Shown one piece after another: positions 32,768 to 33,168 of a stretch of 33,168 nucleotides of DNA. The notes beneath the pieces are model-generated. The model ran no database searches and was not told where the DNA came from. It saw only the letters and a program-made list of their open reading frames with translations. The position numbers and the translations under genes were made by a program. How positions within the stretch are numbered: position 1 is the first letter of the stretch; every line of letters starts with the position of its first letter. Source of the DNA: a virus (taxonomy: Duplodnaviria > Heunggongvirae > Uroviricota > Caudoviricetes); IMG/VR virus record IMGVR_UViG_2974540528_000001, positions 1 through 33,168 of that record. The stretch is one strand, 5' to 3'.

Positions 32768-33166
32768 ATGAAAGCATTAATAGCAGGTGTTATCACAGCC
32801 ATCGTTGTCTCGGGTGGACTTATCTACTTTATGAAAACCAACCCCAATATGAACAAACTCGACGATGTTTCTTCAAGCTGGTTGTCGGATGAAGAAAAAA
32901 CAGAGGCCATTCATCGGATTGCTGGGATGAAATGCGATACAGAATTCAGAAAGGCATTCATTCCCGGCACTCTGACGACGCAGACAGGTATGTTAGATGA
33001 GATGGAAGAACAAGAAGATAGTTTCCAAGTAATGAGAAATATGGGGATAGTCAACGGTACTGTTCTTGCAACAGGAACTTACATCTGTAAATATTATAAA
33101 GATGGTCGCCAACCTTATCTTCAGGTATCTTTGAAACCAGAGGCGAGACCGCTACTAAAAAAATAA
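32768..33166 (+). CDS. membrane-anchored hypothetical protein (132 aa), inverted relative to the structural genes
   Basis: GAGGAG RBS before ATG 32768; N-terminal hydrophobic helix then a soluble domain with two Cys. Confidence 0.8.
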   Translation: MKALIAGVITAIVVSGGLIYFMKTNPNMNKLDDVSSSWLSDEEKTEAIHRIAGMKCDTEFRKAFIPGTLTTQTGMLDEMEEQEDSFQVMRNMGIVNGTVLATGTYICKYYKDGRQPYLQVSLKPEARPLLKK

Positions 33167-33168
33167 GG

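Noticed and set aside
1-33168. CRISPR arrays, tRNA/rRNA genes, integrase, transposase, introns, inteins or homing endonucleases
   Set aside because: No regularly spaced repeats, no cloverleaf-sized gaps and no such protein motifs were seen; core structural genes are uninterrupted and of typical length.

Overview
Fragment of a large lytic myovirus genome, most likely rV5/PVP-SE1-like (Vequintavirinae; the spike N-termini suggest a Klebsiella/Enterobacteriaceae host). This taxonomy is inferred from recalled protein resemblance, not a database search. Two transcription blocks converge on a bidirectional terminator at about 7775-7800. (1) The + strand block (1-7757) is tightly packed accessory genes: a 5'-truncated NadR-like NMN adenylyltransferase/ribosylnicotinamide kinase, a PnuC transporter, a DUF4326 protein, a YgiB/DUF1190-like lipoprotein, several small membrane proteins, and a probable ssDNA-binding protein. 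That last protein carries the host SSB tail motif followed by 15 extra residues. (2) The - strand block (7804-32643) is the neck-tail-baseplate module: adaptor/neck proteins, sheath, tube, tail assembly chaperone, tape measure, hub, spike, wedge, baseplate J, five fibre/spike genes and three holin-like membrane genes. The chaperone has a clear -1 frameshift extension that the ORF track missed. A + strand membrane-anchored ORF with its own promoter sits inverted at the right end. Most interesting points: three spike genes share an N-terminal docking-like module; one is a stub spike that is mostly an S74 intramolecular chaperone; the 1309-aa spike appears to lack a beta-helix and may carry a PcRGLX/YetA-like module; sheath and wedge share a short motif that could be a docking site; and NadR+PnuC form a nicotinamide-riboside route to NAD+. 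No tRNA, rRNA, CRISPR array, integrase or transposase was seen.
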